Assembly (NCBI GenBank): GCA_905178155.1
Contig: CAJINV010000012.1
Location: 2,196,166-2,260,165 of the forward strand
Reading direction: 5' to 3'
Origin: Amoebophrya sp. A120
Lineage: Eukaryota; Protista; Dinoflagellata
DNA length: 64,000 nt
Part shown: piece after piece, positions 62,901 through 64,000 of the stretch
How the letters are laid out: each line of letters opens with the position of its first letter
How positions within the stretch are numbered: position 1 is the stretch's first letter
Made by a program: the position numbers and the translations under genes
The notes under the pieces: generated by a model
Database searches by the model: none
The model's input: only the letters and a program-made list of their open reading frames with translations
Told to the model about the DNA's origin: nothing

Positions 62901-63834
62901 GGGGATGTACCTTTTCCAGTATCGGTCGCTGCAATGCTTGCTCGTGAACGCGTGCTCAAGTGCGTCATCACCTGGGTGCTGTGGATAGGTGAAGTCGGGT
63001 CGTAGTGTCGCTCCTGTCAAAAGTGCTAATCCCGCATTCTTCGGATAGCATCTTACTCCCCAGTCCCCAGCGTCAAGGGACGCTGGGCACCTGTCTTTGT
63101 GGACGTTGATGAACAATTTGGATTGCAGGTCTCGGAGAGCCGACGCCGATGGTGCCCGGTCAAGTTGCACTTGTACTAATTCGAATCGACGCATTATTTC
63201 TTGGAACGGGAGTCCACTGCTAATTAAGTGTGATGCTATAGCCATCAGCTCCTTTTGGTACTCGTTCTTGCAGTCGGCCCCAGTAGTCCATGCGGTGGCT
63301 GTCGACGTAGACGTGCTGTGACCAGCTGAAACCTGTTGAGCTTCGATCGCCGACTGGGTCAATTTTCAACGGCGGGACCTTGAGGGGTTGCGTCGTCGGT
63401 TTGTCGGCTGCAATGGCGTTCTTCAGGATGCTTCGCGGGAGTACCTCCGCTGTTGTGCGCTCCTCCGCTTTCGGCACCGGTGGGAGTGCTGCCTCGGGTT
63501 GTGCGAAGACAGAGGATGTTGCTGGCTGTTTATCCGCTGGGGGAGCCGCATGCTTCTTCGGCCGTCCTCTGGCCTTCTTGGACGCGTCTTCTTGGTCCGA
63601 GCTTTTGCTGCGTGATCGCTTGTTGCCTGTGCTGGCTTTTTCTCCTGTGTCCGCCTTTTTGCTGCGAGCAGTTTTTTTCTTTTCGGTATTGGCCTTGCTT
63701 GTCGCTGGCTTGGCCTCCTCATCCTTGCCTTTTTGCTGGGAGGTACTGCTGGTCGCTGTGTTCTTTGCTGTGTGGTCGCTTTTGTTGCTGCTTTGTCTGC
63801 CGAACAGGTCGAGCTCGTCGTCCTGCGGCGCCAA
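59992..63834 (-). CDS. Gag-like/ORF1 region of the retroelement, with a predicted intron (62781-62910) and two apparent 1-bp frameshifts
   Basis: Four consecutive long minus-strand ORFs upstream of RT; frameshifts near 63362 and 61430. Confidence 0.55.
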
Positions 63835-64000
63835 CGGGGAGCATTGATTGAAAGTCGTTCCTGGGCTGCTCCGGATTTGTTTTCCCAGATCGAATATGCT
63901 CGGCCGAACTTGTAGTCGGCGAGCGTCGAGGTGGCTCGGCGCGGCGAGGAGGATTTCTTGATTGGGGACGGGCCAAGGAAGAGCGCCGTAGCTGTTTTTT

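Larger units (their letters stand above)
54215..64000 (-). mobile_element. DIRS-order (tyrosine recombinase) retrotransposon; 5' end outside the window, 3' boundary approximate
   Basis: Order gag-like, RT, RNase H, overlapping YR, extra ORF; no DDE integrase or protease seen. Confidence 0.85.

Noticed and set aside
59-63915. The many plus-strand ORFs and short ORFs inside the elements
   Set aside because: They are antisense shadows of minus-strand genes or translations of repeats (e.g. LPDPDIF, MHDK); none looks like a transposase

Overview
Eukaryotic genomic DNA, most likely from an Amoebophrya-like parasitic dinoflagellate (inferred from gene co-orientation and intron type, not from a database match). 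Eleven protein-coding genes lie in 1.9-54.2 kb, all on the minus strand. Recognisable ones are a divergent beta-like tubulin, an ATG4 (peptidase C54) protease and the splicing factor RBM22/Slt11; the rest are secreted, membrane, coiled-coil or low-complexity proteins. The main feature is 42 short (116-323 bp) non-coding insertions in about 10 sequence families, all found inside coding sequence. They share one design: a 5-bp direct repeat, TAT...ATA ends, imperfect terminal inverted repeats and internal copies of GCATNACAA/TTGTNATGC. Removing an element plus one repeat restores the reading frame without needing GT-AG (checked by hand at more than 15 sites). Elements occur in both orientations relative to the host gene. 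The same motif also occurs in ordinary GT-AG introns. The last ~10 kb is a DIRS-order tyrosine-recombinase retrotransposon (gag-like, RT/RNase H, YR, extra ORF) that appears to carry its own GT-AG introns. All coordinates were read by eye and may be off by a few bases.
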